A DNA stretch of 64,000 nt, counting the filler, from a candidate division TA06 bacterium SM23_40 (GTDB lineage Bacteria > LJUI01 > SM1-40): the NCBI GenBank assembly GCA_001303705.1. It is 5 parts of 5 records of this genome, joined end to end, with 100 filler letters (N's around TTAATTAATTAA, not from the genome) between each part and the next. Parts side by side here need not be neighbours in the genome. Positions count along the whole stretch, not along the records: positions 56,290 to 64,000 come from LJUI01000122.1; 4 more parts are not named here. One strand, written 5' to 3'. This document shows, piece by piece, positions 62,819 to 64,000 of this stretch; position 1 is the stretch's first letter; each line of letters starts with the position of its first letter. The notes below the pieces were generated by a model. The model was given only the letters and a program-made list of their open reading frames with translations. It was not told the origin of the DNA and ran no database searches. The translations under genes and the position numbers were made by a program.

Positions 62819-64000
62819 TCAGAAATCGGGATTCTCGTACACTATCCTGCCGTCGACTATCGTGTACAGCACCTCTGTCTTCAGGATGTCCTCCGGATCG
62901 ATTTCGATCAGGTTCTGACTCAGCACGGTGAAGTCGGCGAACTTGCCCGTCCTGATGGACCCGAACTGATCCTCCTCGAACGTGGCCCAGGCGCAGTTGA
63001 TCGTGAAGGCCTCGATCGCCTCGTGGACCGTTATCTTCTGCTCCGGGTACCATCCGCCTGCAGGCTCCCCCTCCAGTGTGGTCCGGTTAACGGCGGCGTG
63101 TATGAGGTATCTGGGATGCTGGTGGTAGATAGCCGCGTTGGTGCCCGGCCAGTCGCTGCCGAACACCAGCACCGCGCCGTTATCCTTCAGCCTGCGGAAG
63201 GCATAGGCGCCCTTGCACCTGTCGCCTATCCGCTCGTACATCCAGCGCATGTCGTCGGAGAGGTGATACGGATTGATCTCGGCCACCAGACCCAGCTCGC
63301 CGAAACGGACGAAGTCCTTGTCGTGAACGACCTGCGCGTGGATGACCCTCCACCTGTGGTCTTTTATATCGAATTCGTCGATGACCCGCTCGTACATGGT
63401 CAGCAGGGTGTCCACCCCCTTGTCACCTATGGCGTGGATGTGGGGAGCGAATCCCGCCCGGTATCCCCTCCGTATCAGCTCCTCCATCCCGGGATCGGGA
63501 GTCATCCGGCTGCGCCATATTCCGTAATGACCCGGACGGTCCTCGTAAGGTTCGTAGAACATGGCCCCCCAACTGCCCATGATGCCGTCTATGAAATCCT
63601 TCAGGCCCGAGAAGCGCAGCCACGGGTCCCCTAATCCCTGAGTGATTCCAACGCGGTTCAGGAACTCGGCCTTCTCCAGTGTCGGCCTGGGCCTGACGCG
63701 TGCGGTCATCTCACCGGTGGCGTAGAGTTCCTGGAAGATCTCGAGCTGGTCGGGAGGGGTTATGTCGTGGAACATGGTGATGCCGGCTTCGGCCATCTTC
63801 TTGAACGCATACCGCGACTCGGCCAGCCTCCGCTCGTGGGATATCCCGGGCAGGGTTTGGAACATTCTCATTATGGCTCCGCGGTTGCCCTCCATGAGAC
63901 CCGTGGGATCGCCCCTCCTGTCCCTGTGGATGGTCACACCGCTGGGATCCCTGGTGTTCCTGTCTATTCCCGCCATCTCCAGGGCGAGGCTGTTGGCCAG
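62819..64000 (-). CDS. Amidohydrolase (YtcJ/Amidohydro_3 family), 3' part
   Basis: K.FIDG, HAIGD, RVIHAQ, FGSDWP, GKFADF, TIVDGRIVY. Confidence 0.92.
   Translation of the reverse strand: MANSLALEMAGIDRNTRDPSGVTIHRDRRGDPTGLMEGNRGAIMRMFQTLPGISHERRLAESRYAFKKMAEAGITMFHDITPPDQLEIFQELYATGEMTARVRPRPTLEKAEFLNRVGITQGLGDPWLRFSGLKDFIDGIMGSWGAMFYEPYEDRPGHYGIWRSRMTPDPGMEELIRRGYRAGFAPHIHAIGDKGVDTLLTMYERVIDEFDIKDHRWRVIHAQVVHDKDFVRFGELGLVAEINPYHLSDDMRWMYERIGDRCKGAYAFRRLKDNGAVLVFGSDWPGTNAAIYHQHPRYLIHAAVNRTTLEGEPAGGWYPEQKITVHEAIEAFTINCAWATFEEDQFGSIRTGKFADFTVLSQNLIEIDPEDILKTEVLYTIVDGRIVYENPDF

Overview
This is a bacterial, GC-rich window. It is not one continuous locus: five contig pieces are joined by 100-bp artificial linkers (N44-TTAATTAATTAA-N44) at 28552, 37852, 47132 and 56190. 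Most of the content is housekeeping: groEL/groES, pyrR-pyrB-pyrC with a PyrR attenuator, three tRNAs, a large Alu-type SRP RNA, dnaX-ybaB-recR-mglB-mglA-pgpA-cinA, rho, rpmE, thiL, split coaB/coaC and ribE-ribBA-ribH-nusB. Four proteins carry FlgD-Ig/T9SS-like C-terminal tails, which suggests an uncultured FCB-related lineage (inference only). The strongest unexplained signal is a dispersed, non-palindromic family of ~28-bp repeats (GGGGACGT-N13-AAGGTTA, two variants that often alternate). It has about 27 copies in four intergenic clusters on three contigs. The clusters have inverted ends, abut stop codons and promoters, and in one case bracket an orphan lipoprotein gene next to an orphan Eco57I-like methyltransferase. 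Other highlights are a surface protein with at least nine 111-aa DxDxDG repeats interrupted by one in-frame TGA at a conserved Gly, and a PII-like/CPA2 antiporter/EIIA operon. All calls come from motif recognition by eye; no database searches were run.
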